From Nitrososphaerota archaeon (GTDB taxonomy: Archaea; Thermoproteota; Nitrososphaeria; Nitrososphaerales; Nitrosopumilaceae): a stretch of 32,000 nt of DNA. The stretch spans positions 11,136 to 43,135 of the forward strand of contig JACZTB010000009.1 in assembly GCA_022573895.1 (NCBI GenBank), written 5' to 3'. Positions 1 through 8,959 of this stretch are shown here, piece after piece. The notes beneath the pieces were generated by a model. The model had not been told where the DNA came from, did no database searches, and saw only the letters and a program-made list of their open reading frames with translations. Position numbers and translations under genes: made by a program. Position 1 is the first letter of the stretch. The number at the start of each line of letters is the position of its first letter.

Positions 1-2000
1 AGGCTAGAGGAATTACAATTTATCAGGCAAATGTTACTTTACACTTTACTCAAAAAGACAAAGAATACGTCATTAACATGATCGACACCCCTGGACATGT
101 AGATTTTAGTGGAAGGGTAATTCGTAGCCTTAGGGCAATTGATGGTGCAGTAGTAGTATGTGATGCAGTAGAAGGCATCATGACCCAGACTGAGACTGTG
201 ACAAGAATGGCACTTGAAGAGAGAGTAAAGCCAGTTTTGTTTATCAACAAAGTCGACAGACTCATCAAAGAACTCAGATTGACTCCTGAAAAGATGCAGG
301 AGCAGCTAGCAGAAGTTGTTTCAAACTTTAACCAACTTATTGAAACATATGGAGAACCTGAATACAAAGAAAAATGGAAAGTGTCAATTCAAGATGCGAG
401 TGTTACATTTGGTTCTGCAAAGGATAGATGGGCAATCAACATTGACTTGATGAAGGAGAAAGGACTAACATTCAAAGATGTCATTGATGCATATGAAAAT
501 GATAAAGTTTCAGAGCTTGTAGAAAAAGCTCCTTTGGCTGAGGCCATACTTGGTATGGTTGTAAAACATCATCCATCACCACCTGAGGCAGTCAAGTACA
601 GAATCCCAAAAATTTGGAAAGGGGATTTGGATTCGGATATTGGAAAAGCATTGCTTGCTTGCAGCGATGATGGTCCGACAATTATGATGGTTGTAAATAT
701 GGTATTAGATGCAGCAGCAGGACCTGTTGCAATAGGTAGATTGTTTTCGGGTACAATCAAAGATGGACAAACCATTTACATAATTGATGAGAAAAGAGAA
801 GGAAGAATTCAATCTGTAAACTTTTTCATGGGAAATCAAAGAGAACAGGTAGGAGAACTTGGTGCAGGGAACATACCAGCGTTATTAGGATTAACTGAAT
901 GTAGAGCAGGAAACACTCTATCTTCTATCAAAGACATGCAAATATTTGAAAGAGTAAAATATATTTCAGAACCAGTAGTTCAAATTGCAATTGAGCCAAA
1001 GCATCCTAAAGATCTACCGAAACTAGTTGACATACTCAAGCAACTAACAATTGAAGACCCTACTCTTATAGTAAAAATTGATCAGGAAAGTGGTGAGACT
1101 ATTATTGCTGGAATGGGAGTATTACATCTTGATGTTGCAGTCCATCGTATCCAAGATACCAAGATCGAGATTATAACATCTGAGCCTTTAATTAACTACA
1201 GAGAAACTGTAAAAGGTACATGCGAGCCAATTATGGCCAAATCTCCTAACAGGCACAACAAGATATTCATGAAGGTAGAACCGCTAGAGCCAGAGATTGC
1301 AAACATGCTTAGAACTGGTGAAATCAGTGACATGAAAGACAAGAAGATAGTTGCAGAATTACTAAAAGGCGCAGGATGGGATACTGACACAATTAAGAGA
1401 ATCATGAAACTTGATTCACGTGGAAATATTTTGATTAACGGAACAAAAGGGGTCCAGTTTGTCCAAGAGTCAACTGACTCTATTAACACAGGATTTGAGG
1501 ATGTAATGAAAGAAGGTCCTCTCTGCAGAGAACAAATGAGAAACTGTAAGTTTATCTTTACTCACTTTGTTCCACACGAAGATACTGCCCACAGAGGTCT
1601 GTCACAATTGGGTCCTGCCTCTCGTCGAGCATGTATGGGTGCATTGTTAACTGCGGGTACTACTGTGTTAGAGCCAACTTTAGCAATTGAAGTACGTGTT
1701 CCGACTGACTTGGTTGGAAACGTTTCAACGGTTATCTCGGGTAGACGTGGCAAAGTCCTTGACATGTCACAAAAAGGTGTGGCAAGTATCATAATAGGTG
1801 AGATTCCAGCTTCTGAAACATTTACTTTATCTGAAGCGATGAGAGGTCAGACTGCAGGACGTGCGACATGGAATACATCATTTAAGGCATGGACGGAAGT
1901 TCCTAAATCATTGTTTCAAACGGCAATTTCTGATATTAGGAAGAGGAAAGGTTTAGCACCAGATCCACCAAACGTAAGTGATTTTATCGACAAAGATTAA
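1..2000 (+). CDS. fusA: Translation elongation factor 2 (aEF-2), 5' end truncated by the window edge
   Basis: The frame is open from nt 3 (ARGITIYQANV...), upstream of the track's Met at 78. GTPase motifs DTPGHVDF and NKVDR are present. The domain IV motif HEDTAHRG carries the diphthamide-type His. Length and order match archaeal/eukaryotic EF-2. The P-loop region lies left of the window. Confidence 0.97.
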   Translation, partial: ARGITIYQANVTLHFTQKDKEYVINMIDTPGHVDFSGRVIRSLRAIDGAVVVCDAVEGIMTQTETVTRMALEERVKPVLFINKVDRLIKELRLTPEKMQEQLAEVVSNFNQLIETYGEPEYKEKWKVSIQDASVTFGSAKDRWAINIDLMKEKGLTFKDVIDAYENDKVSELVEKAPLAEAILGMVVKHHPSPPEAVKYRIPKIWKGDLDSDIGKALLACSDDGPTIMMVVNMVLDAAAGPVAIGRLFSGTIKDGQTIYIIDEKREGRIQSVNFFMGNQREQVGELGAGNIPALLGLTECRAGNTLSSIKDMQIFERVKYISEPVVQIAIEPKHPKDLPKLVDILKQLTIEDPTLIVKIDQESGETIIAGMGVLHLDVAVHRIQDTKIEIITSEPLINYRETVKGTCEPIMAKSPNRHNKIFMKVEPLEPEIANMLRTGEISDMKDKKIVAELLKGAGWDTDTIKRIMKLDSRGNILINGTKGVQFVQESTDSINTGFEDVMKEGPLCREQMRNCKFIFTHFVPHEDTAHRGLSQLGPASRRACMGALLTAGTTVLEPTLAIEVRVPTDLVGNVSTVISGRRGKVLDMSQKGVASIIIGEIPASETFTLSEAMRGQTAGRATWNTSFKAWTEVPKSLFQTAISDIRKRKGLAPDPPNVSDFIDKD

Positions 2001-2634
2001 AAATAGAATCCCCCCCATTTACGAATGAAAAGTTGTCCTAATCCACGTTATAATCAAAAGTAGATTGTTAGAGAAATATTTTATTTACACTTTAACAAAA
2101 ATGTTAATCAAAGAAAGAAAGTAAACATAACAAGATAGTCAATCCTTGAGAGGGTATTGGAATAATCTTATTTTGATTATGTTACCTACTTTCCCTAGTA
2201 TCTTTTTTAGTGTGATAAATAAGTGAATTAAGGTTAATGGGATCAGACAATTAAGGTTGTTTTTTGTGTGTGAATCAACACTTTTGACAGGTTCTTTTAT
2301 TTTTCCATAATAATATATGCCCACATACATATTTTACTTAAAAAAAAATTGAAGGTTTTTGAGCATTTTATGAAAAAAAATTCGTTATCAGTTAAATAGA
2401 TCTATTTTGTGAGGTTCAAAATACAAGAGAATGAAAGATGGAACAAACATCAAAAGAACTCACAGAAGAGATTGAACAACGAATTATCAAAGCATGTAAG
2501 AAAGATTCAGGGCATACACATAACCTATGCTTAAATGATAATAATTAATAATTCATTTACAAGAAGCATATTCCTATGGAATGTAAATTTTAAAAAAACT
2601 GGATTCTTTTCAAATTGTATAATAAAAATCAAGA

Positions 2635-3549
2635 TTACGACATTGATGTTTGCCCTGCCTTTAATCCTTTATAGCGATTTCTTATGGTAACTTCAGTAAC
2701 ACCCGCAGCTTCTGCAAGGTCTCGTTGAGTGATAGAAACTCCATTTTGGACACAAGAAAGGTACAATGCAGTTGCTGCAAGACCCATTGGATCCTTTCCA
2801 GCTGATTCTTTACGTTCTTGTGCATCTTTAAGTACTTGAATTGCAAATCGTTTTGTTTTTTCGTTGATCTTTAGTTTACTTGAAATTCTTGCAATGCATT
2901 GAATTGAATCTACAACAGGCATCTTTAGCTCTAATTCATTATGCAATAATCGATAACATCTTGAAATATCTTTTCGTTTAACATTAGCTGCATCTGCAAT
3001 ATCTTTTAGTGTTCTAGGAGTTTCGGTGTCTCTACAGGCAGCATAAAGTGATGCAGCAATCATTGCAGATATGGATCTTCCACGAACTAGTTTTTTCTCC
3101 AATGCCTTTCTGTAAAGATAAGCAGCTTTTTCAAGAACATTTGTAGAAATTGCAACCTTGTCTTTTAACTTATTTAATTCACTTAGTGCTTGTCTCAAAT
3201 TTCTATCAACAGGTTCGTGAACTTGACTTCTACTATCCCAAGTTCTGAGTCTGTCAATAGTGCTTTTCATTGAAGCAGATAGTGGTTTTCCTGTTGCATC
3301 TCTGTTTTGAGGATTGATGACTGTAGATAATCCCATATCGTGTATCGTAAGTGATGATGGTGCACCAGTTCTTGTTGGATCAGAACCACCATCTTTTTGA
3401 AATGATCTCCATTCTGGACCTGTTGCTTGTAATTTTTCAGAAATCACATAACCACACTTTGCACAAAATTGTTCTCCTGTATCTTCATCAGTCAATAAAG
3501 AGTTTTTTCCACATCGTTGACAGTTAGAATTTGGTTTGAAAGTTACCAT
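2635..3549 (-). CDS. tfb: Transcription initiation factor TFB (TFIIB homologue)
   Basis: N-terminal zinc ribbon CQRCG...CAKCG, followed by a B-reader/linker and two cyclin-like repeats (SISAMIAASLYAACR... and LAATALYLSC...). 304 aa is typical for TFB. A TATA-like ttaaaa sits about 25-30 nt upstream of the ATG on the minus strand. Confidence 0.95.
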   Translation of the reverse strand: MVTFKPNSNCQRCGKNSLLTDEDTGEQFCAKCGYVISEKLQATGPEWRSFQKDGGSDPTRTGAPSSLTIHDMGLSTVINPQNRDATGKPLSASMKSTIDRLRTWDSRSQVHEPVDRNLRQALSELNKLKDKVAISTNVLEKAAYLYRKALEKKLVRGRSISAMIAASLYAACRDTETPRTLKDIADAANVKRKDISRCYRLLHNELELKMPVVDSIQCIARISSKLKINEKTKRFAIQVLKDAQERKESAGKDPMGLAATALYLSCVQNGVSITQRDLAEAAGVTEVTIRNRYKGLKAGQTSMS

Positions 3550-3559
3550 GTAGACTACC

Positions 3560-3838
3560 TTATACTCTTATCCTTTTAATTGAAATTTCAATTGTTGAAA
3601 CATCTCTATTACGGTCATAAGCTGACACAAATGATTCTTTACCTATTTTAATATCTCCAGGAATAAATATAGAATTAGTTTTAAGCAATATTATTTTTAC
3701 CACATCCACAACATGTCCCATACTTAATTTTTGGGTCCTAATTATGATCATTGTTAGTAATTGAACTATTGGTAAAACGATACTAGTCATAAATGGTTTT
3801 TTCTCAATGAAAATTATATCTCCGGTATTATTTAACAT
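3560..3838 (-). CDS. Hypothetical 92-aa protein (doubtful)
   Basis: ORF only, with no recognisable motif. Its 3' end overlaps the apparent TFB promoter. It may be real and co-oriented with tfb, or spurious. Confidence 0.3.
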   Translation of the reverse strand: MLNNTGDIIFIEKKPFMTSIVLPIVQLLTMIIIRTQKLSMGHVVDVVKIILLKTNSIFIPGDIKIGKESFVSAYDRNRDVSTIEISIKRIRV

Positions 3839-4013
3839 GAAGAGTTAACTCATATGACTAATTTAAACTGAGTATGATTCTATTCAATTTTGTAGTACAA
3901 AATAAGTAAATACTGTTTAATGAATGAACTATCAAATTAGAATAGGAACTCCTTTTGTTTTCTTAATTTAGTATCAATAGGAATAAAGAAAATTTAGTTA
4001 TACTATCATATTA

Positions 4014-7000
4014 TTGAAAAATACTACTGGCAAAAAGAACAAGCCTGTATGTATTCAGATTTGGATAACATTTTACTACACACTTTTATTACATTATTTT
4101 CTAAATCTTTTTGAGAGGGCATTGGTGCGTGTAGTATTTCTAGTAATATTCATCCTAGTCGGGTTAATTACAATTTCTGGAATAAGTCAAAGTTTTGCAG
4201 AAAATGTGGAAATACCTGATTGGGTAAAGACAACCTTAGCATTATGGTCTAATGGTGAAATAACAAATGAGGAGTTTGTTAAAGCAATTGACTATCTATC
4301 TGCAAAAGGAATTGTAACAATTTCATCTACTAATGACAAAGAAGTTCTAAGACAAGTTGAGTATTTGAAAGCAAAGAGCGAAGTATTTCAAGAAGAGGTA
4401 AAGGAACTTCGTGAAGAAAACAAAGAATATAGAATTTTACTCAAGAGTCAAGAGATTAACAAATCAACTAACACATCAACAAAGTATCCAACATCATTGT
4501 CAAAGATGTTTGATGAATATCAAGCACTACAAACTGAAATAAAGACACTACGAGAAACAAACAAACAGTTCTCAAAAAATATTGATGCATGGATTAACAA
4601 TAATGATGTTTTAGGAAATCAGGTATCATCAAATGTAAATAACGAGAAACTAGTTCAGGTCAAATCAGAGTTTGTCGATCAATTAAACAATCTTAAAATG
4701 GAAAGCAAAAAATACGAAGATAAAATTGACAAGTTAAAAGAAAATATAGCATCATATAAAAATAATATTGAATTATTAAAATTAGAAAATCAAAATAAGA
4801 AGCAGTTAATCTTTGCATTAAAAGAAAGAACTCAAGAAAACAGAGAGGATGTAAACCTGTTAATTCAAAGTGGAGAAGCATACGAATCAATGATTTCTCA
4901 ACTGAGAGATGAGAGTTTTCTTCAAAAACAAAAGATTGTGTTATACGAAGACAAGATAAAATCATTTGGTAAAACATTTGATCTAATGAATATAGAGCAA
5001 ACACAAAACGAACAAAACATAAACAATTTAAAAAAACAAAATTTTCACTATATAGATACAATTAATGAATTAGAAGGTCTCGACCAAGAGCAAAAAGCAA
5101 GTCTCATTGCAGTCACTAATGATCTTACTAAAACCAACAAACTTGTTGGTATGCTTTCAAACCAAATTCAAGACTATGAATCTACTATAAAATCACTCAA
5201 AGATGAATCGGTCTTGTTTCAAAATAAAATCAACTATGTTGAAGGCGAAAAGACAAAGTATCAAGACAGAATACTACAACTAGAACTAGAAAACATAGAA
5301 CAAAGAAAAACACTATTTGTAATAATGAATGACGCACAAGAGTCAAATGAATTTGCATCTGCTCTAAACTCCAGACTAACAAATTTCCAAGAAATAATGA
5401 ACAAACTAGAGAATGAAAACATACAATACAAATCAACAATTCATGAATTAGAAAGTGAGAATATTGAGAAAAATATGTCACTCATCACAATGAAAAATGA
5501 TATTGATGACCTAAATGATCTAGTATTGCAATTAAACTCAAAGATAACAAACTATGAGAATACCGTTCAAGTGTTACAAGATGAAAACTCTCTTTTCAGA
5601 AATGATATGATGTTTGTACAAGACAAAAATAAATCAGAATACGAGTCACTCATTAGACAGCTCCAGGGGGAGAGAAACAACCAACAAATGACTATTGTTT
5701 CAATGAATATAGAAATTGAAGAGTCAAATAATCTAATAAATACACTTAATTCAAAGATTGTAGATTATAAAAAACAAATTAGTTTAGTTGAACAAGAAAG
5801 ATCACAATATAGAAATGAAGTTACTGCATTAAAGATTAAAAGCAATAACCAACAAGATTTTTTGGGTAGTGTAAATAATACAATTAATGAAAATGGTAGT
5901 ATGATAAAACTACTAACTGAAGAAAATGAAAGACATCAAAATATAATTAATAAACTTAAACAAGAAAATAAGATATTACAGATGAAATCTAGTTTTACAA
6001 TAAATGAAAACTCAGACAATCTCATAATGATAACTGAAATTAAATCTGAAAACAAAGAGATGAAAAAGCAAATTGAGTTATTACAGTTTGAGATAAAACA
6101 AAAGCATGAACAAATTGATACTTTGAAGAACGTCCAAATGCAAAAAGACGCTGAAATCTCACTTATTAAGGCACAAAAATTACAAGTTTTAGAGCCAACA
6201 AACAACCTAGGTGAAATAGAGAACCTATCAAGGCAAAACGATATCTTTCTTGTAGAGTTAAACTATCTAAAAGCAAAGAACTTGGTTAACGATGAAGAAA
6301 TTGAAACCCTAAGAGGAGAAAACGAAGAATACAGAATATTGCTTAATCTGCTAAAGAAAGGACAAAACTCAGTTACAGGAATTGATAATGTAAACTATGC
6401 TTCCATGAATGAAAAAGAAGGCCAGGGAGTTGTAATGTACAGAACGATTGAAATGCAAAAGAGTTTGCCAGAAGATTGGATTACAAAAGTAAACAATTCT
6501 AAAGAATACACAATATACATTGAACCGATACCAAAGTGGTCAAAATATGTTTCATCTGAAGTACACAATGCATTAGAGTTTTGGAAAGAAGTAGCTGGTG
6601 TGCAATTTGAAATTGTCAATGCACCATCATTTGGAATTATTTCAATTAATTGGGAAAAAGAATTACGAAACGGCTACGATGGATATGTAATTGGTCAAAC
6701 AAGTGTATCTATTGGACTTGGAAGCAGTGATTGTGATGGTAACTGGAAGCCATACAGTTCTAAATCAATAAAAAATATTTTGATCCATGAAATTGGTCAT
6801 ACTGTAGGATTAGATCATGCATTAAGTAAATCAAATATTATGTATCCGATGATTCACAATGCAAAGTTTACAGCAATTGAACAATTATTTACTATTCCAC
6901 AAGATGGTTCAATATTCATCAGAGGATGTTCATTTAGTGCTGATCCAGCATACAAATATCAAGTAGAAGTAAAGGATTCAAAGAAGGTAGATATCTTCTT

Positions 7001-7196
7001 TGTACCATCAATTGAAGAAAAGTACAAAGTTGATTCTGGAGAGTCTTTCAGCTATTATTCTGACATTAACTGCATTGGATTAGATAAATCTTTCAAGACA
7101 GGGATCTGCAAAATAGTTGATTCTGGAGGAATACTAATAATTAATTCAGACAACCAAGGCATAATTTCACTCAAAGTATACCTAGAAGAAAAATAA
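4014..7196 (+). CDS. Secreted or membrane-anchored metzincin (matrixin-like zinc metalloprotease) with a very long repetitive coiled-coil stalk
   Basis: Hydrophobic signal/anchor VVFLVIFILVGLITISGISQSFA. The real start is probably TTG 4122 or GTG 4125, not TTG 4014. About 700 aa of heptad-like E/K/N/Q/L-rich sequence follow. The C-terminal catalytic core has HEIGHTVGLDH (nt 6786-6818, HExxHxxGxxH) and a Met-turn NIMYP (Met at nt 6840-6842). A roughly 110-aa C-terminal tail follows. Confidence 0.85.
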   Translation: MKNTTGKKNKPVCIQIWITFYYTLLLHYFLNLFERALVRVVFLVIFILVGLITISGISQSFAENVEIPDWVKTTLALWSNGEITNEEFVKAIDYLSAKGIVTISSTNDKEVLRQVEYLKAKSEVFQEEVKELREENKEYRILLKSQEINKSTNTSTKYPTSLSKMFDEYQALQTEIKTLRETNKQFSKNIDAWINNNDVLGNQVSSNVNNEKLVQVKSEFVDQLNNLKMESKKYEDKIDKLKENIASYKNNIELLKLENQNKKQLIFALKERTQENREDVNLLIQSGEAYESMISQLRDESFLQKQKIVLYEDKIKSFGKTFDLMNIEQTQNEQNINNLKKQNFHYIDTINELEGLDQEQKASLIAVTNDLTKTNKLVGMLSNQIQDYESTIKSLKDESVLFQNKINYVEGEKTKYQDRILQLELENIEQRKTLFVIMNDAQESNEFASALNSRLTNFQEIMNKLENENIQYKSTIHELESENIEKNMSLITMKNDIDDLNDLVLQLNSKITNYENTVQVLQDENSLFRNDMMFVQDKNKSEYESLIRQLQGERNNQQMTIVSMNIEIEESNNLINTLNSKIVDYKKQISLVEQERSQYRNEVTALKIKSNNQQDFLGSVNNTINENGSMIKLLTEENERHQNIINKLKQENKILQMKSSFTINENSDNLIMITEIKSENKEMKKQIELLQFEIKQKHEQIDTLKNVQMQKDAEISLIKAQKLQVLEPTNNLGEIENLSRQNDIFLVELNYLKAKNLVNDEEIETLRGENEEYRILLNLLKKGQNSVTGIDNVNYASMNEKEGQGVVMYRTIEMQKSLPEDWITKVNNSKEYTIYIEPIPKWSKYVSSEVHNALEFWKEVAGVQFEIVNAPSFGIISINWEKELRNGYDGYVIGQTSVSIGLGSSDCDGNWKPYSSKSIKNILIHEIGHTVGLDHALSKSNIMYPMIHNAKFTAIEQLFTIPQDGSIFIRGCSFSADPAYKYQVEVKDSKKVDIFFVPSIEEKYKVDSGESFSYYSDINCIGLDKSFKTGICKIVDSGGILIINSDNQGIISLKVYLEEK
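5079..5981 (+). repeat. Five degenerate 55-70-aa protein-level repeats inside the coiled-coil stalk
   Basis: A recurring pattern was aligned by eye: L..mLSNQIQDYESTIKSLKDESVLFQN / ALNSRLTNFQEIMNKLENENIQYKS / QLNSKITNYENTVQVLQDENSLFRN / TLNSKIVDYKKQISLVEQERSQYRN, plus a weaker fifth unit. The repeats are degenerate at the DNA level. Confidence 0.7.
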
Positions 7197-7281
7197 TACG
7201 ATCAAATTATTTTTGAGTGAAACAATCATCATATACATGAATTAAAACAAAAAATTCAAAAATATAAGAAAACTTAAGAGA

Positions 7282-7626
7282 ATGTACATGAATAATGAAC
7301 TGAGAAAAACTCTGTCAATAAAGATAAAACGCCTAGATATGTTCCCAAATCACTTTTTTGGCATTGCTGAGATAAACAGAGAAGAGTACAAAATTAACAT
7401 TCAAGGCCAAAGTATGTTTAGAGAAAAATTAATCAAACTACCAATAAAATTTAAAGATGAAAAGGCATTATTACGCCTAAGTGGAATTAATGAAACTTCT
7501 TTTGAAGATATTGTAAAATACAAAGGGGAATCAGAATGGATAGAAATAGATTCAGATGGAATTTTGTACTATTTAGCAGATCACCAAGATCAAATTAACA
7601 CGATAGATATCCTAAGTCGATTCTAA
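7282..7626 (+). CDS. Hypothetical 114-aa protein
   Basis: ORF with protein-like composition in an otherwise empty interval. No motif recognised. Confidence 0.5.
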   Translation: MYMNNELRKTLSIKIKRLDMFPNHFFGIAEINREEYKINIQGQSMFREKLIKLPIKFKDEKALLRLSGINETSFEDIVKYKGESEWIEIDSDGILYYLADHQDQINTIDILSRF

Positions 7627-7745
7627 ATTCCTTTTCTTTTCCTAAATTTTAACCAAAGACACAATAAAGGAAATTCTGCCAAATCGGCTGAAGAATTCTA
7701 GTGTAAGTAAAAAGAAAATAGATAATATATGATGAATTCTAAACA

Positions 7746-8033
7746 GTGTCAGAATTGGTTCTTGTTGACAAAAAAATGTTGATAGGCGGTCTTGCAATGA
7801 TAATTGTAGGAATAATACTTACTGTAAGCATCAGTGCCTCAATGCCAGTAGGTCAAGTAGGAATGACTGAAGAAGAAGTAATTGACTTGTTGATAGCACA
7901 ACAAGAAACTCAAGATTACACCACACTGACTGGAATCCTAATGGGTGTTGGATTCTTGTTAGTATTGATTAGTTTTGGTGCTAGAAGAAAGAAGGGCAAT
8001 ACAAAAAAAGTAGAAAAAAAGCCTGTAGAATGA
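7746..8033 (+). CDS. Small membrane protein with two predicted TM helices and a basic C-terminal tail
   Basis: Hydrophobic stretches LIGGLAMIIVGIILTVSISA and LTGILMGVGFLLVLISFG. The tail is RRKKGNTKKVEKK. The track start is GTG 7746; ATG 7776 is an alternative. Confidence 0.55.
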   Translation: MSELVLVDKKMLIGGLAMIIVGIILTVSISASMPVGQVGMTEEEVIDLLIAQQETQDYTTLTGILMGVGFLLVLISFGARRKKGNTKKVEKKPVE

Positions 8034-8071
8034 TTCAAACCTTTTAATCTTAATTTATCTAAATTATACTA

Positions 8072-8380
8072 TTGATTCATGCAGAAATCAGTGTTTATCC
8101 TATGGCAACAAGGACTACCAGTGCAAGTTTTTACATTGCAAAAGCAATAGAGTCAATCCAGAACACAAAGAATCTTAGATATGAAATCAACTCAATGGGA
8201 ACAGTTTTGGAATCAGATAGTATTGACATAATCTATGAAGCATCAAAGAAGATGATGGAGACAGTACACAATCTAGGAATTGATAGAGTTGAAGTTGTAA
8301 TCAAAGTGGATTCAAGAAGAGACAAACATATCAATATGGAAGAAAAGATTGATTCAATCAAAAAACATATGAAAAATTGA
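8072..8380 (+). CDS. MTH1187/YkoF-family (UPF0045) thiamine-binding-like protein
   Basis: About 100 aa with the family pattern AEISVYPM...TSASFYIAKAIE...LRYEINSMGTVLES...RVEVVIKVDSRRDK. The TTG start preserves the conserved first beta-strand. Confidence 0.75.
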   Translation: MIHAEISVYPMATRTTSASFYIAKAIESIQNTKNLRYEINSMGTVLESDSIDIIYEASKKMMETVHNLGIDRVEVVIKVDSRRDKHINMEEKIDSIKKHMKN

Positions 8381-8422
8381 TTTACTTTAGATAAATTCAG
8401 TCATTGTTTTTGGAAAATAAGA

Positions 8423-8433
8423 TTTTTTTTTTT
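8423..8433 (+). terminator. Oligo-T (T11) tract downstream of the 8072-8380 gene
   Basis: Run of 11 T about 40 nt after the stop codon. Archaeal RNA polymerase terminates at oligo-T. Confidence 0.45.
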
Positions 8434-8447
8434 GAGAAAGTAATTCC

Positions 8448-8455
8448 AAAAAAAA
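8448..8455 (-). terminator. Oligo-T (T8 on the minus strand) just after the stop of the 8459-8851 gene
   Basis: A8 on the plus strand, 3 nt beyond the minus-strand stop codon. Confidence 0.4.
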
Positions 8456-8458
8456 TAG

Positions 8459-8851
8459 CTATAGTCCCATATTGGTATTTACCCAATTTACTATAGTCAT
8501 GATATTTTTGACGTTACCAAATTCTTCACCTTCAAGACTCACAAACAGAAGATGATCATTTGGAAGAGGTATTGTAATTCTGTTAATTTTGTCATATGCA
8601 ACAATTGCATATTTTCCATGTCCAATCTTTGCTGAAAGTTTATCACGTTCTTTCCAAGATTCAAGAGATCTCTTCAATGATTCCTTGGTTTCATCCATAC
8701 TAAGATAGCTAGTTGTGTTATCACGAATACTATTCCACAGAATATTTCCGTCATGGTCACAAATTATTGCAACTCTTGAACTAGGAATTTCGCCTAAGAT
8801 CATGTTAAGAAGGTTTTCTTCAGGTTCAGTGATACTTTTTGACATAGACAT
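8459..8851 (-). CDS. Hypothetical 130-aa protein, paralogue A of a lineage-specific family (see 11420-11833)
   Basis: Clear similarity to the 137-aa ORF at 11420-11833. The core KIGHGKYAIVAYDKINRITIPLPNDHLLFVS aligns with KIGKGEFVIAQYGKIKRIVIPLDKDHLLYMT. Two independent copies under selection argue that this is a real gene. Confidence 0.65.
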   Translation of the reverse strand: MSMSKSITEPEENLLNMILGEIPSSRVAIICDHDGNILWNSIRDNTTSYLSMDETKESLKRSLESWKERDKLSAKIGHGKYAIVAYDKINRITIPLPNDHLLFVSLEGEEFGNVKNIMTIVNWVNTNMGL

Positions 8852-8959
8852 ACTATGATATGTTATTAAATAAACATAATCTTGATGTTTGATTTTCTTT
8901 AGAATTGTTTGAAAATTTTAAATATTTTTAACAAATTTTAAGAAGGAAGAATTCTAAAA

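Noticed and set aside
50-1792. Minus-strand ORFs inside the EF-2 gene (50-367, 569-775, 1196-1489, 1562-1792).
   Set aside because: They are antisense shadow ORFs within a confidently identified, highly conserved CDS. Their S/F/L/P-rich composition is not protein-like, and no motifs were found.
2139-2330. 63-aa minus-strand ORF in the EF-2/TFB spacer.
   Set aside because: Composition is implausible and no motif was found. There is no promoter-like element at a sensible distance. It is treated as non-coding pending expression data.
4693-6619. Minus-strand ORFs inside the coiled-coil/metzincin gene (4693-5061, 5230-5481, 5936-6205, 6395-6619).
   Set aside because: They are antisense to a low-complexity, AAA/GAA-rich coding region. 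That naturally gives stop-poor, F/L/C-rich reverse frames, a typical shadow-ORF artefact.
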